This document shows, in pieces, positions 30,649-40,035 of a stretch of DNA of 64,000 nt. Source of the stretch: a virus; the IMG/VR virus record IMGVR_UViG_3300027782_003601, positions 112,193-176,192 of that record; one strand, written 5' to 3'. The notes beneath the pieces are model-generated. The model was not told the origin of the DNA and searched no databases. It saw only the letters and a list, made by a program, of their open reading frames with translations. A program made the position numbers and the translations under genes. Numbering within the stretch: position 1 is the first letter of the stretch; the number at the start of each line of letters is the position of its first letter.

Positions 30649-33600
30649 ATGGCGAATGAATTTAAAGTAAAAAACGGTCTCATTGTAGATGCTGGTGGTG
30701 CACAAATAACAGGTGGCATCACCGGCTCTACAGACTTTAATACAATTGTAAATAAACCAACTCTAATTAGTAGTTCGGCGCAATTTAGTGGTGATAATAT
30801 TACGGGTTCAAATCTTAGAGCAACATCTGCAATTGTTTCACCAAACATTACTTATACAAGCCAATTAGGTACAAATGGTGGTGAAATAAGACTTCAACAA
30901 GCTGCATATAGAAATGGTAATCAAGTTATATTTCAATATAGTCATAATACAGATTCAAACGGGAGTAGAGATTTAGGATTTCGTAGAAATAATACTGGTT
31001 CTTTAGAAATATATGATGGTAATACCGTAGATGGTGCAGTAGCAAACAGAAGAGATTTAATTCTAAGAAACATTACAGGTTCCAATGCATTCTTTAGTGG
31101 CTCTGTTAACATAACTGGTTCATTAACGGCATCATTAGCAAATGGATATACTTGGGTTGGTGATGGTAATAACATTTCTGTTTTAGTAGCAACATCTTCA
31201 TTTACGGGTGGTTCAACCGATTTATCCCAATTAAATACATTTACTGCTTCAGCAGCAATACGATTAACAAACTTAGAAACAACTTCGGCATCCGTAAATA
31301 TTTCAGTTTCAAATCTGAATACATACTCAGCAAGTGTAAGTAACTCAATACAACAATTAAATACATTTACTGCAAGTAATGCAAATACTTCATTAAATAC
31401 ATATACGAGTTCAGTATCAGACCCTAAATTTGTTTCAATTGGTGCAAGTACTTCATCATTAAATTTATTTACATCATCTGCAGCATTAAGATTAACAAAC
31501 TTAGAAACAACTTCGGCATCCGTAAATATTTCAGTAACAAACTTAAATAGTTATTCAGCATCTGTAAGTAATTCTATTTTATATGTAAATACCGTTACTG
31601 CTTCGTTAAATACATTTACTGCTTCAGCAGCAATACGATTAACAAACTTAGAAACTACATCTGCATCTGTTAATATTTCAATAACAAATATTAATACATT
31701 TACTGCAAGTAATGCAAATGCATCACTAAATACATATACTGGTTCAATTTCCGACCCTAAGTTTGTACAAATTGGTGCAAGTACTTCTTCATTGAATGCA
31801 TTTACATCTTCCGCGGGATTAAGATTAACAAACTTAGAAACTACTTCGGCATCTGTAAATGGACACATTGCAGATATTAATTCTAAAACGGGCTCATACG
31901 CAAGAACAAATTCGGCAAATACATTTAATGGAACACAAATAATTAGTGGTGCATTATATATAACACAAGATTTAGTTGTATTAGGTTCATCATCTATTCA
32001 AAACATTAGTTCTTCAAATTTAGTTATTGGAACTTCATATGTAACATTAAATACATTTTCACCATTATCAAGATATGCAGGATTTAACTTTATAGATAGT
32101 GGTTCTGCTGGTTTATCTGGTTCATTATATTATGATTCAGTAGATGATGAAATAGTATTTGTTCATAGAGGAAATGGAACAAATGTAACATCATCACACA
32201 TTGTTATGGGTCCTGAAACTTATGATAACTTAGGTAATGAGACCTATATGGTAGTAAATAGAGTTCCAAAAGTTACTAATTTTGAACATATTGGTAATTC
32301 AAATATATCCGATACAGGTACTGAAATTTCATTGAATTCTTTAACATCGGTAACGGGTTCATTCATAGTAACAAATGGTATTACAGGTTCAATTAGAGCA
32401 ACAAACGGAGTAGTTTCAGGTTCAACTCAAATTAGTTTAGCAGGAACATCCGACTATACTTCTTTATTTGGTGGAATTGCAGCATCTACATCTTCATTAA
32501 ATACATTGACTGCTTCATTAGCAACAACATATGAAGGTAGAGCATCTGCAACTAAAACAATATTTTCAGGTTCATCTCAAATTTCAATAGCAGCAACTTC
32601 TGATTACACTTCTTTATTTGGGGGTATTGCATCAGCAACTGCATCTTTAAACGTATTTAGTGCATCCGAAAATGCTAAAAATAATACATTAGCAACTCTT
32701 ACAGGTTCTATTGAAACTAAATTTGCGGCATTTGGTGCAAGTACTTCATCTTTAAATGCATTTACCGCATCTATTGATAGTAGATTTAGTGCATTGCAAG
32801 CATCAACGGCATCACTAAATGTGTACACACAATCTAATGATACCCTAAATACTACACAAAATAATAGATTAACTGCATTAGAAAATTCAACGGGTTCTTC
32901 ATATTTTGTATCTCAATCTGTATATTTAATTAACAACTATACTGGTTCTGATGCAATATCTCAATCAGTTACAAATGCTAGATTGGCATCATTAGAAATT
33001 GCTTCATCATCTTTACAATCGTTTACTTCTTCGCAGAATACTAAAAATAGTACATTAGCTCTTTATACAGGTTCTGTTGATACTAAATGGTCTAACTTAG
33101 CGGTTTACACTGGTTCTATTGATACTAAGTTTTTAGCAGTTCAATCAACTACAAATTCATTAAACTTATATACGGCATCTGTATTAACCGCATTGACAGC
33201 AAGTGGTGTAAACTTGACTGCAAATGGTGCTTTATTGGTAACTTTGGATATTACAGGTTCTACTTTTAGAGGTGCAATTAGAGCAACAAATGGTGTAATT
33301 TCTGGTTCATCTCAAGTAGTTGGTTCTTCAATCACTACAAATACTATTACAATCGGTTCAACTTCAATTACATTGGGTGGAACTGCAACAACAATAGCTG
33401 GATTAACATCAGTAACTTCAACCGGATTTACGGGTGCTTTGACGGGTAATGCAGCAACTGCTACTACTGCAGTTTCTAGTCAATTTGTTGATTTATTGGC
33501 AGGAAGAACAGATTCTACTGCATACCCTGTTTTATGGGGAGTGAGTCAAGGAACTAATGGAACAACAGGTAATCCTAAAACATATGCGTTTTCATGTTCT

Positions 33601-33948
33601 AGTGTAACTATTACATCATCAACAGGTACTTTAACTGCTTCTGGATTAACAGAAACTTCTTCTAAGAGATACAAGGAAAATATTATACCTTTAGAAAACT
33701 CATTAAATAAGATAATAAAGTTAAGAGGAGTAAAGTATAATAAAATAGGAAACGATTCCCAAGAAATAGGAGTTATAGCAGAGGAGGTAGAGGAAGTAAC
33801 ACCTGAGTTTGTAGTTTATAATGATGAAGGTCAAGCAGACTCTGTTAATTATGGTAGAATGACTGCATTATTAATAGAGGGAATGAAAGAACAGCAAAAA
33901 CAAATAGAACAATTAAAAGCAGAAATAGAACTGTTAAAACAAAAGTAA
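30649..33948 (+). CDS. Tail fibre with C-terminal intramolecular chaperone (Peptidase S74-like)
   Basis: C-terminal SSKRYKENI..L..I.KLRGVKY...IGVIAEEV...VNYGRMTALLIEGMKEQ followed by a coiled coil. Confidence 0.85.
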   Translation: MANEFKVKNGLIVDAGGAQITGGITGSTDFNTIVNKPTLISSSAQFSGDNITGSNLRATSAIVSPNITYTSQLGTNGGEIRLQQAAYRNGNQVIFQYSHNTDSNGSRDLGFRRNNTGSLEIYDGNTVDGAVANRRDLILRNITGSNAFFSGSVNITGSLTASLANGYTWVGDGNNISVLVATSSFTGGSTDLSQLNTFTASAAIRLTNLETTSASVNISVSNLNTYSASVSNSIQQLNTFTASNANTSLNTYTSSVSDPKFVSIGASTSSLNLFTSSAALRLTNLETTSASVNISVTNLNSYSASVSNSILYVNTVTASLNTFTASAAIRLTNLETTSASVNISITNINTFTASNANASLNTYTGSISDPKFVQIGASTSSLNAFTSSAGLRLTNLETTSASVNGHIADINSKTGSYARTNSANTFNGTQIISGALYITQDLVVLGSSSIQNISSSNLVIGTSYVTLNTFSPLSRYAGFNFIDSGSAGLSGSLYYDSVDDEIVFVHRGNGTNVTSSHIVMGPETYDNLGNETYMVVNRVPKVTNFEHIGNSNISDTGTEISLNSLTSVTGSFIVTNGITGSIRATNGVVSGSTQISLAGTSDYTSLFGGIAASTSSLNTLTASLATTYEGRASATKTIFSGSSQISIAATSDYTSLFGGIASATASLNVFSASENAKNNTLATLTGSIETKFAAFGASTSSLNAFTASIDSRFSALQASTASLNVYTQSNDTLNTTQNNRLTALENSTGSSYFVSQSVYLINNYTGSDAISQSVTNARLASLEIASSSLQSFTSSQNTKNSTLALYTGSVDTKWSNLAVYTGSIDTKFLAVQSTTNSLNLYTASVLTALTASGVNLTANGALLVTLDITGSTFRGAIRATNGVISGSSQVVGSSITTNTITIGSTSITLGGTATTIAGLTSVTSTGFTGALTGNAATATTAVSSQFVDLLAGRTDSTAYPVLWGVSQGTNGTTGNPKTYAFSCSSVTITSSTGTLTASGLTETSSKRYKENIIPLENSLNKIIKLRGVKYNKIGNDSQEIGVIAEEVEEVTPEFVVYNDEGQADSVNYGRMTALLIEGMKEQQKQIEQLKAEIELLKQK

Positions 33949-33949
33949 T

Positions 33950-34306
33950 ATGGAAATTAATTATACTTATAAGTTAGTAGGAGTAAAAAAAGTAAAATCA
34001 TTTGATGGATTAGATGATATTATTATCAGTGCGGATTTTATAATAAGTGGTGAAATACCAGGACTACCAAAATTTGATTGGGCATTAGGTAGTGTTCCTG
34101 TTGATATTCCTGACCCGCTAACTTTTAAACCTTTTGCGGAAATAACAGAACAAGACATTATAAGTTGGGTACAAAATTCGCAGCCTATAGCTCATGTAAA
34201 GGATAGTTTAAGAAGAAGTATTAATGAACGATTTAGTGGGATTGAATATGTTGCATGGAATAATGAACCCACCTTTATGGAGACACAAGACCCAATCATT
34301 TCATAA
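33950..34306 (+). CDS. Fibre-associated small protein
   Basis: FKPFAEITEQDIISWV motif, common downstream of S74-type fibres. Confidence 0.55.
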   Translation: MEINYTYKLVGVKKVKSFDGLDDIIISADFIISGEIPGLPKFDWALGSVPVDIPDPLTFKPFAEITEQDIISWVQNSQPIAHVKDSLRRSINERFSGIEYVAWNNEPTFMETQDPIIS

Positions 34307-34309
34307 ATT

Positions 34310-34771
34310 ATGAGAATAAATAACCAATCATTACAGGGTTATACTGCTACTCAATCATCAACTATAGGATGGAAAGATTGTGCTTGCGGTAAATCTGGTA
34401 CTGCTACATATCAAAATCTTGGTTGTTTACAATTAGCTATAGCAAGTGGAAATCCTGAATTTTACTTTACAACATTTCAAGAAGAAATGGTTTCCAACAA
34501 TAGTGGAGCTGATATACGGCATATAGGATGGACTACGGGTTGGAGAGTTAATACAAGTGGTACTATAGATAATCCAACTGGTAATGGAGCTTGTTATTTT
34601 ATCCCTATGCAATACGATACTGATTCTGGTAATACAGACTGGTCTTATTGGGATATAACTACAAGAGCAATAACATGGAGGGCTTCAAGTTCAGCGGCTA
34701 TATCAACTACTGTGCAACGTGTGATTGTGTATAGTGAACGAATAGATTTAATAACATTATCCTGCGTATAA
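34310..34771 (+). CDS. Putative fibre-tip adhesin, paralog 1
   Basis: 153 aa, Trp/Cys/Gly-rich; shares SGNP, NTSGTI and C-terminal motifs with the next two ORFs. Confidence 0.5.
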   Translation: MRINNQSLQGYTATQSSTIGWKDCACGKSGTATYQNLGCLQLAIASGNPEFYFTTFQEEMVSNNSGADIRHIGWTTGWRVNTSGTIDNPTGNGACYFIPMQYDTDSGNTDWSYWDITTRAITWRASSSAAISTTVQRVIVYSERIDLITLSCV

Positions 34772-34772
34772 T

Positions 34773-35240
34773 ATGGCTGTTTTAAAATCAAGTGAAGGTA
34801 TATTTCTTAACAATTATTATAGCCTTAATAATAATTATGGATGTAAAATACATACATCAACTAGAACTTGGGCAGCATATGAAACGGGTATTAACATGTT
34901 TCAGATATACCAAAATGGTGCAACAAGTACTAGACAAACAATATCTATAGCTATAAAATGGGCAGCTATAAGAACATCGGGTTCTAAAACAGAATTACCT
35001 GCTCTTCATGCATCTGCTAGAGCTTCTTTAAATACTAATGGTACAATTAGTTTTGATTCTGGGTTTGATTGGCATGCTAATGGAGGTAACGGAATATTAT
35101 GGCCAAGCATTGGAATGGGTGGTTCTTCTTTATTTATAGGTGCAGATAATGGACAATCTACAGGAATAATTGCTTCAATATGGATGAGTATATGTGTTCT
35201 TGAATGGGATAAATTAGTAGTAAATCCTTATAGCGATTAA
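34773..35240 (+). CDS. Putative fibre-tip adhesin, paralog 2
   Basis: 155 aa; N-terminal SEG, NTNGTI, C-terminal EWD. Confidence 0.5.
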   Translation: MAVLKSSEGIFLNNYYSLNNNYGCKIHTSTRTWAAYETGINMFQIYQNGATSTRQTISIAIKWAAIRTSGSKTELPALHASARASLNTNGTISFDSGFDWHANGGNGILWPSIGMGGSSLFIGADNGQSTGIIASIWMSICVLEWDKLVVNPYSD

Positions 35241-35246
35241 ATTATT

Positions 35247-35678
35247 ATGGCAAGAATAATAGGAAGTGAGGGATTGATTATGAACCAAGCCAATGGTAAT
35301 GCATATTGGATGTTATACTCACGTGGTAAAAATGATGTTGGTCCTTATATCCGATTTACTGTTTCTAGTGGGAATCCTGCCGTACATGTTTTTGTTAAAG
35401 GTTATGCTGCATTTACTCAAACAAATGGTTCTTTTGATTTTAATACATCATCTACATACTTTTTAGGTTTTTATTGTGATACTAGTGGAGGTATAACCGC
35501 TAATACTGGTACTTCATGGGTTAGTGGAGCAAATCTGAGTTTTGGTTGGAATACAGCAACTAGACAAGCTGATTTATGGCTTTCTTCTTCTAGTAATGGT
35601 GGATTTCCCGGTAAAGCAAGTATGGAGTGTGAAATATTTTGTGATAGATGGGATTATGTTTCCATATCCAATTTATAA
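35247..35678 (+). CDS. Putative fibre-tip adhesin, paralog 3
   Basis: 143 aa; N-terminal SEG, SGNP, DTSGGI, C-terminal RWD. Confidence 0.5.
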   Translation: MARIIGSEGLIMNQANGNAYWMLYSRGKNDVGPYIRFTVSSGNPAVHVFVKGYAAFTQTNGSFDFNTSSTYFLGFYCDTSGGITANTGTSWVSGANLSFGWNTATRQADLWLSSSSNGGFPGKASMECEIFCDRWDYVSISNL

Positions 35679-35824
35679 AACAATTGTTTACTAATTATTT
35701 ATTATTTATATGTGTACAATTAACTACTACATAATATGATTGATATGTCAAAAAATATTTAATGTTTTGAAAATAATTTTTATATTTATATTGAGATAAT
35801 AAAATTTTTAAATTAGAATACAAA

Positions 35825-38074
35825 ATGGCAGACAAAATAGTATCACCAGGTGTTTTTACAAAAGAAAACGACCTATCATTTTTACAACAAGGTGTAGCTG
35901 ATATTGGTGCAGCATTTATCGGACCTTTTAAAGAAGGACCATTAGTTCCAACAATTGTTAATTCTCAAGCAGAATTTCAAACTTTGTTCGGAACAGTTGA
36001 TGATACATACTACACACCTTTAGCAGTACAATCATATTTAAGAGAAGCAGGAACTGCTACAATTTGTAGAGTTGGGGGGATTGGTGGATATACTGAAACT
36101 GCTCCTTTATTATTAACAGTAACATCGGGTTCTATATCGGCATCTCTTGGTATTATTTATGGTACTGCAAGTGGTTCAAATGCAGGATTTACAGGAACAA
36201 CTGTATCTGCAAATGGTTTTGGTGATTTTTTAATCTCTGGTTCAAACACAGGATTATTATCAGCATCATTAGACCCACAAGATACAAACGATATTGAAGC
36301 AGTATTTGGAACATCTCCATTTGGTTCTAAGAAACCATATGTTTATGGATTTTTCCAAAATGCATATTCAAATCAAGGACAAGCAATTGGGTATACAATA
36401 GCAGCAACTGCATCTGTAACTGTTTTAGGAAATCAATTATATACATTTGATGCACAGGAAGCTAAAACTCCATTTATTCAATCACAATTGATTTCTGGAG
36501 ATAGAACAAATCTTTTCCGTTTTGAAACAATTGGCGCAGGAAATGCGGCAAATACTAAAGTTAAAATTGCTATTACAAATATTAAAGCAGCAGGTTCTGT
36601 AAATGGTACTGATTATGGTATATTTACAGTTGTTGTTAGAGATGGCGCTGATACAAACAAAAAGAGAGTTGTATTAGAAACATTTGCTAATGTAAATTTA
36701 GACCCTAACTCACCTAACTTTATTAATAGAGTTATTGGAGATAGAAAAAGAACTATTGGTTCAGATGGTAAAATAACTGAAACAGGTGATTGGGTTAATA
36801 ACTCAAAATATATCAGAGTTACTGATATAAACTTAAATTCACCAGTTCAAGCAGTACCTTTTGCACATAATGCATATCAATTACCTATTTCTACATCAGC
36901 AGCAATTGGAAGTTTAATCCCATCCGCATCATTTGTTAGTTCTTCAGCAACACAATATGGTGGTATTGATTTAGATAATAATATAGATAATTCATTCTAT
37001 TTAAATCCAATTCCAACTGGAGCAGGTGTAGGTGGAAACGTTGTATTTGGTTTAGATTCCGTTAATGGTGGTGCATTATCAGTAGGTTCAACATCGGCAC
37101 AATTTTTAGTAGCATTCCAAGAAGGATTTAATGGTTTAGCACCAACAACACCTATCTATAAAGGAACTGATATTACCGCAGGAAACTCACAAGGATTTAA
37201 CCTTTCTACATCATTATCATCTGGTTCAATTGCATACGGAAAACATATATCGGCATTATCTAATCAAGATGAATACGATGTTAATATGATTGTAACTCCT
37301 GGTGTTATTAGAAGATTGCACACATCTGTAACAACTAATATTTTGGATATGGTTGAAGCAAGAAGTGATTGTTTCTACATTATGGATACAACTTCATATA
37401 CGGACACTATTTCACAAGCAATAACGCAAGCAGATGCAATTGATTCAAACTACGCAGCAACTTACTACCCTTGGATTAAAACTATTGATGTTAACACTAA
37501 CAAATTAATTGCAGTACCACCATCAGTATTATTACCTGGAGTATTTGCATCAAATGATAGAGTAGCAGCTGAATGGTTTGCACCAGCAGGTTTAAATAGA
37601 GGTGGATTGATTGGAGCAGTTTCTGTTCAAAATCGTTTAACTCAATCGGAAAAAGATACATTATATGATGGAAAAGTAAATCCTATCGTTCAGTTTCCAG
37701 GACAAGGCATCGTAGTGTTTGGACAAAAAACATTACAAGATAAACCATCTGCATTAGATAGAATTAATGTAAGAAGATTATTATTAACCGTTAGAAAATA
37801 CATCGCATCTACTTCAAGATATTTAGTGTTTGAACAAAATACTGCTGAAACTAGAAATAGATTTTTAAACATTGTAAATCCTTATTTAGAATCAATTCAA
37901 CAAAGACAAGGACTTTACGCATTTAAAGTTGCGATGGATGATTCAAACAACACACCAGATGTAATTGATAGAAACATTATGAAAGGAGCTATCTACTTAC
38001 AACCAACTAAGACAGCTGAATTCATTCAAATTGATTTCAACATCTTACCAACTGGCGCAGCGTTTAACGGATAA
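35825..38074 (+). CDS. gp18: Tail sheath protein (T4 gp18-like)
   Basis: SPGVFTKEND, YYPW, WFAPAGLNRG, VNPI, GQKTL and DRINVRRL motifs. Confidence 0.95.
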   Translation: MADKIVSPGVFTKENDLSFLQQGVADIGAAFIGPFKEGPLVPTIVNSQAEFQTLFGTVDDTYYTPLAVQSYLREAGTATICRVGGIGGYTETAPLLLTVTSGSISASLGIIYGTASGSNAGFTGTTVSANGFGDFLISGSNTGLLSASLDPQDTNDIEAVFGTSPFGSKKPYVYGFFQNAYSNQGQAIGYTIAATASVTVLGNQLYTFDAQEAKTPFIQSQLISGDRTNLFRFETIGAGNAANTKVKIAITNIKAAGSVNGTDYGIFTVVVRDGADTNKKRVVLETFANVNLDPNSPNFINRVIGDRKRTIGSDGKITETGDWVNNSKYIRVTDINLNSPVQAVPFAHNAYQLPISTSAAIGSLIPSASFVSSSATQYGGIDLDNNIDNSFYLNPIPTGAGVGGNVVFGLDSVNGGALSVGSTSAQFLVAFQEGFNGLAPTTPIYKGTDITAGNSQGFNLSTSLSSGSIAYGKHISALSNQDEYDVNMIVTPGVIRRLHTSVTTNILDMVEARSDCFYIMDTTSYTDTISQAITQADAIDSNYAATYYPWIKTIDVNTNKLIAVPPSVLLPGVFASNDRVAAEWFAPAGLNRGGLIGAVSVQNRLTQSEKDTLYDGKVNPIVQFPGQGIVVFGQKTLQDKPSALDRINVRRLLLTVRKYIASTSRYLVFEQNTAETRNRFLNIVNPYLESIQQRQGLYAFKVAMDDSNNTPDVIDRNIMKGAIYLQPTKTAEFIQIDFNILPTGAAFNG

Positions 38075-38124
38075 TTTTAAAAAACCATATTTATTATAGA
38101 GAATAACATTTAAATAAAAAGAAA

Positions 38125-38613
38125 ATGCCAGAAATATTAGAATTTGACAAGATATTTTATAAGAATTTTGAACCAAAACTTGGTAATAGATTCATTATGG
38201 AAATCAATGGTATAGAATCATACATTATCAAAACTGCAAGTAGACCAACATTTACTTCGGAAATAGTTGAATTAGACCATATCAACGTAAAACGTAAGAT
38301 AAAGGGAAAATCTAACTGGGATGATATGAACATCACACTTTATGACCCAATTGTTCCATCAGGAGCACAACAAGTTATGGAGTGGATTAGAACATCACAT
38401 GAATCCCTAACAGGAAGAGATGGATACGCTGCATTCTATAAGAAAGACATTACTTTTTATTTGTTAGGACCAGTAGGTGATAAAATTGAACAATGGACAA
38501 TCAAAGGAGCATTCATTACATCAGCAAACTTTGGTGATTTAGATTGGTCTTCAAATGACCCGGTTTCAATTGAATTAACTTTAACGTTTGATTACGCGGT
38601 ATTAGAGTATTAA
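38125..38613 (+). CDS. gp19: Tail tube protein (T4 gp19-like)
   Basis: NRF...W..MNITLYD...WTIKGAF...LDW...LTLTFDY; directly after the sheath gene. Confidence 0.9.
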   Translation: MPEILEFDKIFYKNFEPKLGNRFIMEINGIESYIIKTASRPTFTSEIVELDHINVKRKIKGKSNWDDMNITLYDPIVPSGAQQVMEWIRTSHESLTGRDGYAAFYKKDITFYLLGPVGDKIEQWTIKGAFITSANFGDLDWSSNDPVSIELTLTFDYAVLEY

Positions 38614-38636
38614 AATTAAATAAAGTAATTGAAATA

Positions 38637-38670
38637 AGAGGGGAGCAGAAATGTTCCCCTTTATTTTTTT
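38637..38670 (+). terminator. Rho-independent terminator after tube gene
   Basis: AGAGGGGAGCA-GAAA-TGTTCCCCTTT plus T tract; same CA-GAAA-TG cap as the capsid terminator. Confidence 0.85.
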
Positions 38671-38710
38671 AAAAATGTAATATATATTAATAAACACATT
38701 AAGTTATATT

Positions 38711-39523
38711 ATGGAAGAACAATTAGAACAACAAGTTACGAGAGGTTTAGGTACACCCCAAACTACAACTCAAAGAAACTTCCCATTTGCAACGGAAGTT
38801 ATTTCATTACCATCAAAAGGATTACCATATCCAGAGCATTCGCCATTATCAAAAGGAGAAATAACTCTTAAACTAATGACTGCAAAAGAAGAAGATATTT
38901 TAACTTCTACAAATTTAATTCGTAAAGGAATTCATTTGGATAAGTTATTAGAATCTATTGTAGTAGAGCCTGGTGTTAATATAAATGATATTTTAATTGG
39001 TGATAAAAACGCAATTTTGATTATTACAAGAATGTTGGCATTTGGACCTGAATATGAGGTTACTGTAACAGATTCTGAATCAGATGAGGATGTAATTATA
39101 AAAGTGGATTTATCTAAATTAAAAACAAAAGAAATTGATTATTCTTTATTAAATAGAAATAATGAATACGATTTTACATTGCCAAAATCAAAAAATGAAA
39201 TTAAATTTAAATTACTTACTCATGGAGATGAACTTGCAATTCAAAAAGATGTTGAAGCAAGTGAAAAAATATTAAAACAAGGTAATGAAATTACTACAAG
39301 ATTTAGAAGAATTATTACAGAAGTAGATGGTAATAGAGATTTAGGATATATTAGTAATTTTGTTTCAAATAGATTATTGGCAATGGATTCAAAAGCATTG
39401 AGAAAGCATATTTTAGAACTTACTCCTGATTTGGATTTAAATATGGAATATGAAAATTCAATAGGTGAGACGGAGGCTCTCCGAATCCCGTTTGGGGTTG
39501 ACTTTTTTTACCCTTCCGAGTAA
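38711..39523 (+). CDS. Tail/baseplate-hub assembly chaperone (T4 gp26-like)
   Basis: LPSKG, MTAKEEDIL, GDKNAILI..R..AFG..Y; ends IPFGVDFF; lies between tube and tape measure. Confidence 0.75.
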   Translation: MEEQLEQQVTRGLGTPQTTTQRNFPFATEVISLPSKGLPYPEHSPLSKGEITLKLMTAKEEDILTSTNLIRKGIHLDKLLESIVVEPGVNINDILIGDKNAILIITRMLAFGPEYEVTVTDSESDEDVIIKVDLSKLKTKEIDYSLLNRNNEYDFTLPKSKNEIKFKLLTHGDELAIQKDVEASEKILKQGNEITTRFRRIITEVDGNRDLGYISNFVSNRLLAMDSKALRKHILELTPDLDLNMEYENSIGETEALRIPFGVDFFYPSE

Positions 39524-39731
39524 TTATTCTGTAGTATTGCATCAAACCATTTTTCAAATGATTTATTATGCAAATGGTGGATTTAATTGGAACGATTTAT
39601 ATTTTATGCCAACTAAACTTAGAGAGTTTTATTGGAAAGAATTATTAAAAACAAAAGAAGAAGAAAGGGAGCAAATTGAAAAATCCAAACCATCAACTTC
39701 AAATAATTCATCTAAAACTAAAAGAAGATGA
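39504..39731 (+). CDS. gp51-like chaperone extension, probably reached by frameshift
   Basis: GGFNWNDLYFMPTKLREFY motif; overlaps the upstream gene at a T7 run; no convincing own start upstream of the conserved part. Confidence 0.6.
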   Translation, partial: FFTLPSNYSVVLHQTIFQMIYYANGGFNWNDLYFMPTKLREFYWKELLKTKEEEREQIEKSKPSTSNNSSKTKRR

Positions 39732-39766
39732 TATTTATAATAAAAATATAAATAAAATAAGGTATT

Positions 39767-40024
39767 ATGCACAAAAAATTAATAGTAGAAGTTGATATCT
39801 TTGCCAAATTATTATCACTATTTTATGATAAAAAAGCAAAAGGTGAAGAAGATGATTTGGAAACGGTCATTGATTCATCCAATAATGTTGCATTTGATAA
39901 AGCATATAAAGCTTGGAAATCTGATAGTGAAAAACTATTAGTAAGTACTAAAAATTTATTAAAACAATCCGGAGAAAGTACTGCTAAGATAGATGCATTA
40001 TTAAAAAAATACCATAATTATTAA
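39767..40024 (+). CDS. Hypothetical protein
   Basis: 85 aa; preceded by ATATTTATA at 39731. Confidence 0.55.
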   Translation: MHKKLIVEVDIFAKLLSLFYDKKAKGEEDDLETVIDSSNNVAFDKAYKAWKSDSEKLLVSTKNLLKQSGESTAKIDALLKKYHNY

Positions 40025-40035
40025 TAATATTATAG

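Noticed and set aside
25585-31900. CRISPR array or DGR template/variable repeat
   Set aside because: The repeats are in-frame coding coiled-coil units without unique spacers; differences are not adenine-specific; no reverse transcriptase in the window
35679-35824. tRNA/ncRNA or origin in the AT-rich gap before the sheath gene
   Set aside because: No cloverleaf, stable stem or iterons seen; only the late-promoter motif
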